A DNA stretch of 59,901 bases, filler included, from Sphacelaria rigidula (GCA_964200075.2; 4 parts of 4 records of this genome joined end to end with filler, not necessarily neighbours in it); one strand, 5' to 3'; counted from the first letter of the whole stretch, positions 1 to 11,759 are shown. A program made the numbers and translations. Notes: generated by a model from the letters alone, not told the origin.

Positions 1-11
1 ATATTACCTCA

Positions 12-227
12 CGTCACCAACGATTTCCACCACTGCTTCGATGCATAGCTACCCCCCCCCCCCGCCCCGGTGTCCAGTAACACCGTTATTAGTAAACCGT
101 GGCTACTTTTGCTGTGGTGCCAAACTCTAGCTTGCACCCACAGTTGCTGTGCATCGCCACCCTTTACCGCTGATTAAGGATCTACGTACACGCTGTCCCC
201 CGGGGACTGCGGCCCCAGGGCGCACCC
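12..227 (-). pseudogene. Retropepsin-type aspartic protease N-terminus (Ty3/Gypsy-like), truncated by the contig edge
   Basis: Same frame as gag: ...QLWVQARVWHHSKSSHGLLITVLLDTGAGGGGSYAS, with D-T-G at 74-66. Stops occur at 176-174 and 11-9. Confidence 0.65.
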
Positions 228-593
228 TCATTCCTTGCTTGTGGCGTCGAGACGGTTGCTCAGTGCATCAACCGTCTCGACTCCCTCCAGCCCGTGGTTG
301 AACCCCCGATCTTCGTACTGGCTGTCAATGAACCCGAACAACTCCCCCAGTTGTAGGCTCATTAGCCTGTCCCTCTTCGTCTTAGGCTTTGCTTGTTTCT
401 GCTCCGGTTGCTTGTAATGACCGAAGGGAATTCGATCTTGATCATGGGAGTAATTGCAGCCGCCCTCTGAGTCCTTGCTGCTACAGTCTCGTCCACATGC
501 GTGGTTGAAACACACCCCTAGCAAACGGATGACGACGTCGCGCTCCCCCTTGGGCGCATTGCGGGCAGGGAGGAACCCGGTCGCCGGTGCCTC
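228..593 (-). pseudogene. In-frame continuation of Gag with a CCCH-type zinc finger
   Basis: After TGA 596-594 the frame reads EAPATGFLPARNAPKGERDVVIRLLGV-CFNHACGRDCSSKDSEGGCNYSH (C-x8-C-x8-C-x3-H) and ends at TGA 230-228. Confidence 0.65.
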
Positions 594-2435
594 TCATCGC
601 GTGTCAATCTTGACACGCTTGGTGGGCTTAGCTGATTCTTCCCTCGGGCGCTTCTGTGCTCCACGAGTAGATGAGGATGTCCCGAAAGGCGTGCCGCCTC
701 GTGGTGTTGACGCCTTTTGGTTGCTGAAGGTAGCAACAGAGTCGAAGTCTTGCCCTTGGTTCTCTTCCTCTGCTTCTTGCATGGATCGCTTCTTAACTTC
801 TACCAACCCCGCGTATATGGGCTTGGGTGCGGGGCGTGTTAATGCTGCAGTAGTGCTGTTCATTGCCTCAGTAGATGTTCTAGAACATTCACAGTGACGT
901 TGACTGGCCAATGCAAATTCACTATACATATGATACGTGCGGCGCCCTCGCTCCTTCATGTCGGGGCTGCACGGGTCTCCATGGTGAACTGGTAAGGATC
1001 GGACGTGATCTTCTAAGGCTTTGTTGGGTGTTTGTAGTAACGTATGTGATACGATCTGTGCAGTCTGGTCTGGGATTACCAACTTATGGAAAGTGCTGCA
1101 CATCTCTAAGACCAAAACTTCCGAGGCTGTCCTCCAGAAGTGTTCTTCCTCTGCGAGGTGTGAAAAGGCTGAAGAAACCGTGGCCGCCATAGTCAACAGT
1201 ATCAGCCGATGAGCGGCTGCTGCACAACTCTCATTCTTGAGTAGTTTCATGTTGTGCAGTGCAGTCTGTGCATGGCTTACACCCATCCTCGCTTCTTCTG
1301 CTACTAGCTTCCGGAGCCACTCCAGAGCGGTTACGTCTCCAAACGGTACGCGTATGAAATTTCCTGTTACTCCAGGTACCGAGATCTGGTTCTCCCTCCA
1401 ACTTGTCATTTCCGTATACGTCGCGGAAGTAGGCAGTATTACACGCATCAGAAGGCCCCTGCGTCTATCTGTGTATTGATCCGCTTGTGGTTTCAGCGGC
1501 TTACTGGTCATGTGTGCATCAGTAGGGACCCTCCAATTCCCCCCTTCATACGCCGCGAGCGTGGTACGGAAATGGTTCGCGAACAGGACTGCGGAGTTAG
1601 TATAAGTCAGTTCTGCATTATGATCCACAGACCGTCCCTTATAAACGATGGTGTCGGTGTCTTTGGAACCGAGAGGCTTGCCCAAAGTGTTTGCTTGACG
1701 GGACATCGCTTGTTGGTGTTTCAGCACAGCCGACCAGTTGTGATCAGATGGGTATGGTGCGGGAGGGCACGTGGCCCCATACGGAGTCAGCCCATCCAGC
1801 CTGGATTGGGCTGCCGGGGTTACACCAGAGGGATTGAGAGATCCGTAGAACGGACTGCAGTAGAGACTAACCGGGTCTGGCGCGACCGTAAACCTCGAGC
1901 GGCGCTGTGGGGGCAACGGCGGTGGAGGTGGCAGCTGGGACTGAGCGAAATTTCCAGCGACCGGGGCTTGATGAGCCCCCTGAGGCACAGAGACTGACCT
2001 TGCCGACTGAATAGGCGGAGGAACAGACGGCGGGACATGCTGAGGCATCGGGCCAAAGTGCCCTTGCTGTTGCTGTTGCAGAACCTGCTGATGAGGATGT
2101 GCGGCCACCTGTTGCTGCGGAAGCGGTCCAACAGCCTGCTGCTGAGGGGATACGGCAGCCTGCTGTTGCTGAACAGGTCCAACAAACTGTTGCTGAGAAG
2201 GTGCAACAGCCTGCTGTTGCTGAACAGGTCTAACAACCTGTTGTTGAGGGGGTGCAATGGCCTGCTGTTGCTGAACAGGGACGAAAGATTGCTGCTGCTG
2301 AGGGGGTGCAACAGCCTGTTGTTGCTGAACAGGGACGAAAGATTGCTGCTGCTGAGGGGCTTGCACTGGAGGCTGTTGACTCGACCCAGATGGGTAGAAG
2401 GGTTGGGCTTGCGGGTTCAAGGGGTTTCCGCTCAT
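594..2435 (-). CDS. Gag-like protein of an LTR retroelement, main ORF (N-terminal PAM2-like motif, Gln/Pro-rich repeats); continues in frame past a TGA into 228-593
   Basis: The 642-aa ORF 594-2522 has a likely ATG at 2435 (MSGNPLNPQAQPFYP). It has no introns. The same frame continues to a CCCH finger and an LLDTGA protease motif. Confidence 0.65.
   Translation of the reverse strand: MSGNPLNPQAQPFYPSGSSQQPPVQAPQQQQSFVPVQQQQAVAPPQQQQSFVPVQQQQAIAPPQQQVVRPVQQQQAVAPSQQQFVGPVQQQQAAVSPQQQAVGPLPQQQVAAHPHQQVLQQQQQGHFGPMPQHVPPSVPPPIQSARSVSVPQGAHQAPVAGNFAQSQLPPPPPLPPQRRSRFTVAPDPVSLYCSPFYGSLNPSGVTPAAQSRLDGLTPYGATCPPAPYPSDHNWSAVLKHQQAMSRQANTLGKPLGSKDTDTIVYKGRSVDHNAELTYTNSAVLFANHFRTTLAAYEGGNWRVPTDAHMTSKPLKPQADQYTDRRRGLLMRVILPTSATYTEMTSWRENQISVPGVTGNFIRVPFGDVTALEWLRKLVAEEARMGVSHAQTALHNMKLLKNESCAAAAHRLILLTMAATVSSAFSHLAEEEHFWRTASEVLVLEMCSTFHKLVIPDQTAQIVSHTLLQTPNKALEDHVRSLPVHHGDPCSPDMKERGRRTYHMYSEFALASQRHCECSRTSTEAMNSTTAALTRPAPKPIYAGLVEVKKRSMQEAEEENQGQDFDSVATFSNQKASTPRGGTPFGTSSSTRGAQKRPREESAKPTKRVKIDTR
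2100..2362 (-). repeat. Coding minisatellite, about 5 units of 51-54 nt (QQQxFVGPVQQQQAVAPP-like)
   Basis: GAACAGG recurs at 2171, 2222, 2273 and 2327, with a degenerate unit at 2120. Confidence 0.9.
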
Positions 2436-5400
2436 CCTTTTGCCGATTTTCGAGTTGGCTATTCGGTACTTGAAACGATAACCTGCACAAATATGCCACA
2501 TGGATATAACAACATCAGTCAAACGTACTTCATAATATCGGCACAGTACCTCACCATCTCTTGGGCGCGTTGGGCAGAATGGGGTGAGAAACGTCTGAAA
2601 TGGGATAGAACGGACAGCCTCAATTTTCCATCATGGTACAAGAGTGGAAAGCAGAAAGGGAAGGGGACACCGGAAAGCAGGAAAGCAGAAAAGCATGACA
2701 GAAAAATTGATCGCGCGAGACGGGTTCATGTGAGCATTCGGCTCGGATTTCCCTAAATGGGGAATAATCAAGGATATTCTTCCAGGCTTCGGCCTCCTGT
2801 CAACCTGGAAGAGCACGCGGGGGGGGAAATGTGGCTCCCATGAACCTGTTCGAACGAGCACGGTCTTGCTATCTTGAGCTTCCGTCCTCCTTCATTTCCT
2901 GTATGTAGTGATTCCCTGCCTGTTTGTGGGTGAGCTTATTGTATAACGCACGCATACTACGAAATCACACGAATTTCCCAATTCATTCACACGTTGTCTG
3001 ACTTACATGCTAACAAAGCATAATGTCCTCAATTATTACTCTCGTTGTTCAGCACCAGCCAACCACTCTGTCGATTTCTCTTTGATATATATTTCGGCAA
3101 AAGGATGCATGGAGCCCGTAGACCCTCAAGACCAGAAGCCCCATCCAGAAGAACCCAGAGGTGGTCAAAACATGCTTGATTGGACGATCACCTGTTGTAG
3201 TTGGTCGCCAGCGCGTGCAGAGTAGATAGACAACGGGAATCGGGGGGTAACGTTCGTCGGGTAGCATTGTGCAGGTCTTTTGGTTTGCAACACTCTCAGC
3301 AGTTGCCCAATCCCGGCAGTGTTGAGTTGATCAACGCAGCCATGGGTGGAAGACTTAGGGGATCCATGACTGATTGATTGATAATCCGCCTCCCCAGAAA
3401 TCGTCGAATCAATATTGCGGAAGAGAAAACAATATTATGGTCAGTGTTTGAGCACACTTGGATACGATCCTTTCATGAATTTAAAGCCGTGAACTAACCA
3501 CAATATACCGTTGGGTCTGGTCTATTCAATATCATAGAAATACACCCCACAGCCTTGAGCTATCCTGGCAGTGAGAACCACATTGAGGTTACTTCCATTT
3601 TCATGACAACAAGCATTCCGACTATCAGTGCTTACCCCCCCTGACCAGGAGGTAGGGTAAAGGCTTCATGTATGGTATCCTGCGTAATAAATTATTCACT
3701 GGAGATTCACTGTAGACAGGTCACAATGCGTTTTGGTCATGGACGCATACATTCTACACTGCGTGAAATTGATGCTCATTCAACAGATGACCTGCTCTCG
3801 TTGTCTAAAGGCTAACCGCAATCCTCCTCAACACCCTACTCAACACGAGGCAGCATTCTAAAACTGCTGGTTCAAGACAGATAACCACACGCGGCGGCTT
3901 TGTGGTTGCATGTAATTATTTGAAATAGCAGCACATTCTAAGCGTAGCTGGCTTCAGTGAACGAACTGGAACATCCGGCCCTGGGTACTGGCCTTAATAC
4001 AGTGCTCGTATCGTGACGCTAATCACATGCAGTGATACCAAACCACCGTACAGTTCAATACTGCTCGATCACTCAATCATCATGGGTTTGCTCGATGTGG
4101 TGTACGCCCATGATCAGTTTCTCCGAACTCTTTTAATTGCCCCGCATCGTGTGTGCAAATCGATCAATAATACAGTACCACCTAGTATAGCTAAAATCCA
4201 AAAGGATCCTTTTTGTTCTTCCTTGAAAAGCACACTGCATGTGCATTACTAGATTGGATACAGAGTCAAGGAGTTCAGCGATATTCTCGTACTGGGCTGT
4301 GAATAGTCAATACAGTCATTATATACCGCCCTCCTTGTAACCGCAGTCACAACTCGCAATCAACCGGTCGTCTGTAGAAGGTATAATTTAACGTCACGAC
4401 CCAGTTTTAGAATAATTGACTGTCCATATGTCGTGATCCCCGCGTTCAACAATCACAGGGTTGCTTGTCTCACCGGTAGACTATCGTAATGGTAACACGA
4501 TGGCTGAGGACAACATAACATTGCCCTTTGCAACTGCATCACTCGGCAATACCTGAGCGCACAGCAGCTGTTGCGTGGTAGGTTCCACGTTCGGTGTAGC
4601 GGAATGAAGATTCTCAAAATCTTTCCTTGATCCTGTCGAATCAACCATCGTCAAATAGATCCGGCTTTTTCTGGAAAAAGTTCCACGGACCTTTCTAGAA
4701 AAAGTATCAGTCTGAATTACTCAAAGCAAGAGAGGCGCGAGTCTCAAAAGGTGTAACCACAGCTGTAGCCTGGTGCGCAACGCACTTAGATCGGTGTTCA
4801 TTACACTCTATTCCACAGCCCACATCAGCAGTCGCTTGAGTTGTGAATACACCCATCATGGCTCCATGCTCCTCACTCTATCGCCGTCTGAGAATTGATA
4901 CATCCGAGATAGCGCCGGCACGCTGCGTTATGCATCATAATCAGTCTGACGTTTCACACTAGTGACGGCTCATAAACTTGAATCTAACCCTCCCGATAGC
5001 ATGCGCCAAGTGCCATCTCACGGTATCCAATAACCGTGAAATGAATGCAAGCGGGTAGCACGAATGCCATGAACCTCAATCATCACGATCTTTTCCTCCA
5101 TGGGTTACAACTGTCATGGCAGCACAAGGTTGATTGATCACGTTGCCAAGTTCTTCAACCCATGAACTCGAGCGCTGGCGGTCAATCCAATGGTCAGATC
5201 ATCCGTAATTATACTAAAAATATATGGATATGGATAGTTTCTTTATACATCATACAACAATGCTCTCGGCACGACTGCTTGTGTGGGGTTTCCCGTGGTT
5301 GCAGACATGCATTAGCTACATCTCATCACAGCGATGGCTACTATTCGCAGCTGTAGCATTGTAGTCCGAACGGGTGTCTTGTCTTCGCCTGGAAATATCA

Positions 5401-6984
5401 TTTTATATCATGAAAGGACCTCGTGCATCGAAAGATATAGGTCGTTGGTATCTAAAATCTTTGTCGAAAAAACTTTCATCGGCGAACGGGCCTTTGTGAG
5501 GTGCAGGGCAACTTGACCAGTTGACTTGTTCAAAAGGGAGCGCATATCCGATGCATGATCTACAAGCCTCCATGTGTTTTACCTCACCGCAAACGGACGG
5601 TGTACTATCACACCTGTGCGTTGTGCACAGCAAGCCTACAGCCGTTTCATAGCTTGGTGTGGAGACGATGTCAGCATGTAGCGGTATCGTGCCTGACCTG
5701 ATTTTATGTACCTACGCAGGTGACTAATTACACGCGAAATTGCCCTTCACATGCTGTTTTACCGTAACATAGATAGACAAATAAAGCCCAGCGGTGAACA
5801 TTGATCGCCATTTTCACGCTGTGGACACACATCTCCAGTGGCGCCGGATTAACCCAGTAGGCAGCGACTTAAAGTGTATACGCGATCGCCTGCTGACCAG
5901 TTGATTTACTTTTACATCCCTGGGTAACGCCTCGCTTTACTATTGGTCCACGACCTCGAAAAGAAAAACAGACGTCGTCTTTCGGACGGGTCTAGATTTT
6001 AAATCAAATGGCCTGCCATTATAGTTAGCTGTATGAGTATGAGCCCTTTTACTTACGTATGTGGCGGTGCTTTATGTTCACCATTCATTTTACATGTAAA
6101 CACTCAAAATTCAACCTCCCGCTTGGGCAGCTGACTCATCTTGAAGCTCTTTCCAAAATTGTATCTGATAGCATTTGTCGTCTGCACGATGTACTCTTGT
6201 TCAATATTTCAAAGTGTATGAAAAAACTCGAATCCCTGAGCCGTTGCTACACATCTCCTCTTGCAGCATGGTACCTTCCTGAAGGACCCACAGATGATAT
6301 AGTGTGACACAATAGTCCCGGTTGGAAGCACATGATACACACAGAATAGTGTTGGCCATAGTGATCGTCCACATGCGTGTCTCTACTGTACAAGTCGAGT
6401 ACTAGAGCGAACAACAACAGCATTTCGGTCATGCAAGTTACGATGTCTCGCTAGCTCGTGCATGATATGACTTACTTTTACTATAGGGTTACACATTTCA
6501 TCATTCCATTTGTGCACAAAGTTCGTTTCTACTATCATGCCGATCTTCTTTCATCTGCTAATTGCCTGAATCAACTTCGTTACAGTCTCACCGTTATGTC
6601 TGCAACAAGAGCAAACTCACAGCACGTGGGAAAGTCCAATGCAAAACGATACACGACGAACGTCACGATATCTTGATCACCGCTTCAGGTCGATTCGAAC
6701 TCTTTTTCCACCTGGTGGGATTTACCTCAGCACTCAAAAGAGAATGAATCCCAGAGTGCCAGCTGGATCCGTTCTTGTGAAGAACCGGATCCAACCAGAT
6801 GTAAAGAGGCATATTGATGTATGCCGTCTTTTGACGGATTACACCGCCTTCACCCCTGACCACGGTACTAGCTAGTTCCCGCAATCAGCCCTCCAGGCAT
6901 AGTGTCGTTTTGAAACCGACAGCCCATCATCGTACTATCTCCATCACGCCACGCTGCGATCCGTAACAATATCTCTCGAGTAAC

Positions 6985-7392
6985 GTGTTTTTTATCCGTT
7001 TGTTTTCGAATCCGGGGTGCCAATGGCCCCCCCGAACGATGTGCGTGAAACGTCCGGAGCGAAAATGGTCAAAATGGCGTGTTTGGCTGTTTTCGCGTTC
7101 CTGGCCATTTTTCGTACCTTTCCCAGGCAAAAAAACGATGAGGTATACCTTTTCTAGGCCATCCCTCCTTTGTTCCACCGTTTTACGGGGGTCCGACTGG
7201 ATCGAAGTATTCCCGGAGAAACTGGGACCCCGGAAAAACGGTGAAAAAAGGCAAAGACTAAAAAAACCTCGTCCATACAAAGTTGAGTTATGACTCATAG
7301 AACACCTGTGCAAAATTTCAGGGTCGAACTCCTCAAAACGGCGTGATGTTTTGCCGATGAGTGTTTTTGGGGGTTTTTCCGCGAACCAGCCT
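6985..7392. mobile_element. Partial copy of the MITE family at 8374-9389
   Basis: 7260-7392 aligns by eye with 9255-9389 (GTCCAT..AAGTTG..AAATTTCAGGGTC..AAAACGGCGTGA..GAACCAGCCT). Confidence 0.65.
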
Positions 7393-8373
7393 TTATGTAC
7401 AGTAAGCAGGTTCTACGAGTTGTGTGCTGTCTGCTGTGCGGTATCTGTGTGTACAGTAGGTTCTAAATAGCACCACACTGTAGGCGTGTTCAGGTTCCAA
7501 AATGTAACACTGCAAACACTGCAAGACTGTCTTGTGTTCAGTGCACCAGCCTGTACTCCATATAATGGGTCACTTTTGGGGCAGTTTTCGAAGCGTTCTG
7601 CTTGTTTTTCTGACACAGAAATCCGATGCCAAATCTGGAATGGTCTGAGACAACAACCAATTCGAAGATTGGAATTCTTTCGGTCTTTCGGATATTGTCC
7701 ATAGCACCGCGGCTACTTCAGGCGCCGTGCTCGTCCTTTGAGGACTATTTTTTTCTTAACGGACAGTTGGGACAGGTACGGCACGGGTGTAATTCATGCG
7801 CAAAAGACATGGCACGGGCACATTGCATCTCAACTCCCATCGGCGGGGTACTGTCATCTTCTATTTTAGTGCTTACGTCACCTTAGCTCGATTCCTCGAA
7901 CACATTAGTTCAATCCCCCCGACCCGTGGTCACGGGGTGCAAGGAGTATACCACCCATACCCACAAAAGCAAGAGTTGACAGAGGAAGACTTTACACAAA
8001 AACGGTACACGAAAACAACGAGCCCGCAAAATATCAATCGAGATACAAGGAACACACTGCATGCTGACAAACTACCGGCGTGCGGTCTAGAGGACCAACT
8101 AACCGCCTACTACTGCTGTATATGCGTGTAGTAACAGCAAACGCAGGAATCGGAATGTCGCAGGGAACAACAACCAACCCCTGATAGACCTAGTAATGTT
8201 GGAAAAGATGCCAGGTTCAAGCAAGAAAGGAAATGGCTTCATCACCGAAGCATCAATTGTAACACCAACTGACCTGACTCAACATCAATATCAAGCGACT
8301 TGATCACCCTATATTACCGAGCACGCAGTCGACCATGCGACCTGACCTGCTGCATCGATACTGGGCACAACTA

Positions 8374-9389
8374 TAGGCTGGCTCACACCCATCACCCAAA
8401 ATCGTGTCATTAGCAAATGACTTTCGCAATACCTACTCAGTAGTCGCAAGGGCGAAAAGGTACCTTGATCACTCAGCATCCTTCAAATTGCTGTGAAAAA
8501 GAAGTACAAACTCCAAGTTCAATTCTCACTCAATATTCTCATGCTTACAATCGTGGTGACCGCAATCTACTCGGGAATCTAACGGGAAAAAGATATTTGA
8601 AAACGATTACTACACGATCGGATGATACCCGGAGCCCTGGTGATTCGGTGATGTGGGGTTGTCGGTTCGTCTACTTTTCACCGATAATACGCAGGAACAA
8701 CGCAGGAGGCCTCGTGACGGTTTCCCTTATATCCGTCGTGGAAAAGCTTAGATCGCTCTCAAACTTGACGATTCCGTAGATATTGGTGCTTCCAACAGAA
8801 ACATTCAATCGTTGACAGTGTATTGAATATACCCCGTTCTTCGCCGGTTTCCGGGGGTCACAGAGTCAAGGCCCTCGGAAAACGGTACAGAACACCTCCA
8901 AGAAGAAAAACAGAATTCTCCGTCTCGGGGTAGTCCATGGAACATATGTACAAAGTTTTGTTGAGTAACTCGAAATCCCTATGCAGTTTTCTCGCCTTTG
9001 CGGTACATACACCCAAAAAAGAAATTTCACACGCACGTTTCATGATCACGTCATCGCACGAACGCGTAAAACTTCACGCAGGTTTCAGGAGCTAGACCCT
9101 GAAACTTTGCACAATTGTGTAAGGGATCGTTATCCTACTTTCCATGGACGAGGTTTTTTCCCTTGACTTTTCACCGTTTTTCGGGGGTCCGACGGGATCC
9201 CAGTTGCCCCCAAAACCCTGACACCCCCAAAAAGCGGCAAAAAAAGTCCAAAAGAGAGAAACCTTGTCCATCGAAAGTTGCGTAATGACCCACAGCAAGT
9301 TGTTAAAAATTTCAGGGTCCAACTACTAAAAACGGCGTGAGCGTTTCCGTGAATGACTGTTTCCAGGTTGATACGCGTGAACCAGCCTG
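8374..9389. mobile_element. TA-flanked non-autonomous TIR element (Tc1/mariner-type MITE) with an internal inverted repeat
   Basis: Left end TA|TAGGCTGGCTCACAC and right end GCGTGAACCAGCCTG|TA are imperfect TIRs. About 9075-9160 is an imperfect inverted repeat of about 9255-9340. Confidence 0.55.
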
Positions 9390-10721
9390 TACAGGGCGCG
9401 AGAAATGCGTACAGGTGCCCATCCTGGGTCAAGAATTCTATCCTCGCATACAATTGTCATGCTCTGAGACGTAGCGAGAATACTGGTGCCTAAACACTGT
9501 AGCACCCAGCCACGTGAGACACGACAGTAAAAGACGCCTAGGGTGAAGTAGCTAAGTACTAGAGCACGGTTCAGTAAATACTGGACACTCGATCGAGCTT
9601 GCCTGGTACATAAATCTACGCTATGTATATATTGGCTTCCCAGGAGGGACTATCAGTGAGTCCTAGTAGGACGTTGTCTCATTTCGCCACCACCCCAAAC
9701 CAGAAAACATTCGGTAGTCCGTTGAACCGTAGACCTCTCGCACTCTCGACAGCAACGGTAGAGAGTAGTAGCGTATGAACGAGCTTTCGCTGCCTGTGGA
9801 ATGTCCATGAACGGTATGCCTGCGAAAGAAAAATGAGTTTATCCACCAGCAGTACCCCCCATAACGGAGAAAACAAGAAAAGACAAACAAAAGTGTACAC
9901 GCGACAGGCACCGAATCGCCGAGTAAATACGTGAGCGGAAGCGACTGGGCAGAAGCACGAATGCAGAATTTCAGTCAGCTTGTATGTTGGGTGTTGCATA
10001 TTCACGAGGAGTCAGGAATAGTGAAAACATCTGTTCATCGTTCCCACAAAACACAGATAACACATTCAAAGTACTGCAGGATCAAACGGTGGTACACTGT
10101 ACCACGGTCGGTTGAATGTGGGTATAGTGTCAACACTGAACAGACATACTTCGTGAAAGTAATCTCATCTACTCGAAACTTTAACCCCCCTACCCTGCTC
10201 CGTCGGGAAGAGTGCGCAGTCGCGAGGGGTCAAACCATCTTCACCGGCGGTATCTACCTTGCACTTTATCATCGAGCATTTGACTACTAGTAGTTCACTC
10301 GCAACCCCTCAACATCTTGACTTCCGTTGCCCAGTTCCGGGGAGAGTAGGTGAAAAGGTACTATCGGGATCAGACCTCACGGGCATCACCCAGTGTGATG
10401 TTTGTGTATCGATTTACCACACGGGGCGCGGCGTTTTATGTCCGCGGTGAGTGACAGACATCTTTCAACTCAACCGCCTTCGGTGTGTGACGTTTGACGG
10501 TTACGGCGTGAAAGGTCTGAACATGAAAACGCATATGTTTTGTGTGTGATGCAATCCTCCCGCAACGTAGCCGGGGTATGAAACTCCGCCGACGCAAGAT
10601 TCCCAGAACGCGCTCAGCTGTCTCGCTCATCAAGAAGTCACGGGGCTACTTCACGCATACGATACAATTTCGCCGAAAAGACCTTCAAAGCTACACTTCT
10701 ACAGCGCGAGTGGCGATCTTA

Positions 10722-10883
10722 CTTTTCGAAGAAGGAAGAATCACCGTCAGGACCCCAACCCGTAGCGCCGAATCGTTCCCACAGCCGAACCCGGCGCAGA
10801 AGCTCCTCGGAGTGCTCTTGGACATGGTGGAAGTCCCCGATGAAATCAAAGTACGGCAAGAACTTGTCCAGCCCGAAATACCA
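10722..10883 (-). pseudogene. Exon or relic of a carbohydrate sulfotransferase (Sulfotransfer_2-like C-terminal region)
   Basis: A CAG acceptor is followed by WYFGLDKFLPYFDFIGDFHHVQEHSEELLRRVRLWERFGATGWGPDGDSSFFEK. The DFIG...W..FG..GWG pattern is typical of stramenopile Sulfotransfer_2 proteins. It is not in the ORF track. Confidence 0.55.
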
Positions 10884-11759
10884 CTGCGGTCACGTTCACA
10901 GACAGAGAGTATTAGAGATGGAGCATCCTGACTCACGTGTGCCCGTATCGCAATTGTCGGTGTGGTAAAGATGATATGTACTGATGTTAATAAAAGATCC
11001 AGAGAGATGATCGTGTTTGTCCCTGTCGTACACACGCGTACATGCATGCACTCACGTGCCCGTATTTCGCAACCTTCACAAGTGCGCACTTCCCTCCTTG
11101 GATACACAGGGCGATGCGAACCTCCGAACTTGAAGGGGAGTACTTACACCAGTGCCGGAGATTCTCTAAAACAATGAAAGCTTTCAAACACAATCATGGG
11201 TGTCCTACAGAGAAAGTCATGAGCGAGATAAACCTACCGAGGAAAAGGCTTCTAGGCAGGTATTGTTAGCCAAGTACGGGTGAACCGCTTCAACACGCAG
11301 GTCGCTAGTTGTGGGTTCGGAGAGACACCACCTGTCAGAGAATGTCCTCCCCACGTATATGTCTAGTGTCACAACCTGACCGCCATGAACCATGACCAGC
11401 AGCACATTAGCCATCACAGCATGACATAAACAAGAGCTGTCATCCAGCTAGCAGTCCGCGTTGTAATACATTCACTGCACAAATATTTCAAATGCAGGAA
11501 GAGGACAACGTGAGCCTGCCCCGCCCGTAGTGGGAAGAGGGTGCTGCTCCTCTGCTGGTAAAAAGTTTCAGCTGTGGGAACCTTTTTTCCTCGGTTCCTT
11601 TGCTCTTCCTATTTTATTACTATTTTTTCCCCATCATATTTGTTTTCGCTTCTTACTACCTCGCGTGAAGCAAGCGTGAAAAAGAAACCTGCCTGTGTTT
11701 TTCTCGGGACTTAGCGAAATAGATCTCAACCTGGCGCCTTCCTTGCTTTTCACATTCGA

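Noticed and set aside
1476-2756. Plus-strand ORFs with Leu-rich repeats (LLLLNRS)
   Set aside because: They are the antisense reading of the Gln-codon minisatellite, not an LRR protein.
2833-2852. Possible LTR end and PBS for the gag-pro element (minus strand ACA-GGTTCATGGGAGC)
   Set aside because: It is only a loose match to a Met half-tRNA PBS, and no second LTR is available in the contig to confirm it.
3000-6900. Short protein-like fragments, possibly decayed TE or viral coding sequence
   Set aside because: No recognisable motif and many stops. It needs BLASTx before any call.
6639-10290. GGIYL in two short ORFs (6639-6875 and 9931-10290) as a glycosyltransferase GGIYLD motif
   Set aside because: Both lack the following DxD and any supporting context, so this is probably chance.
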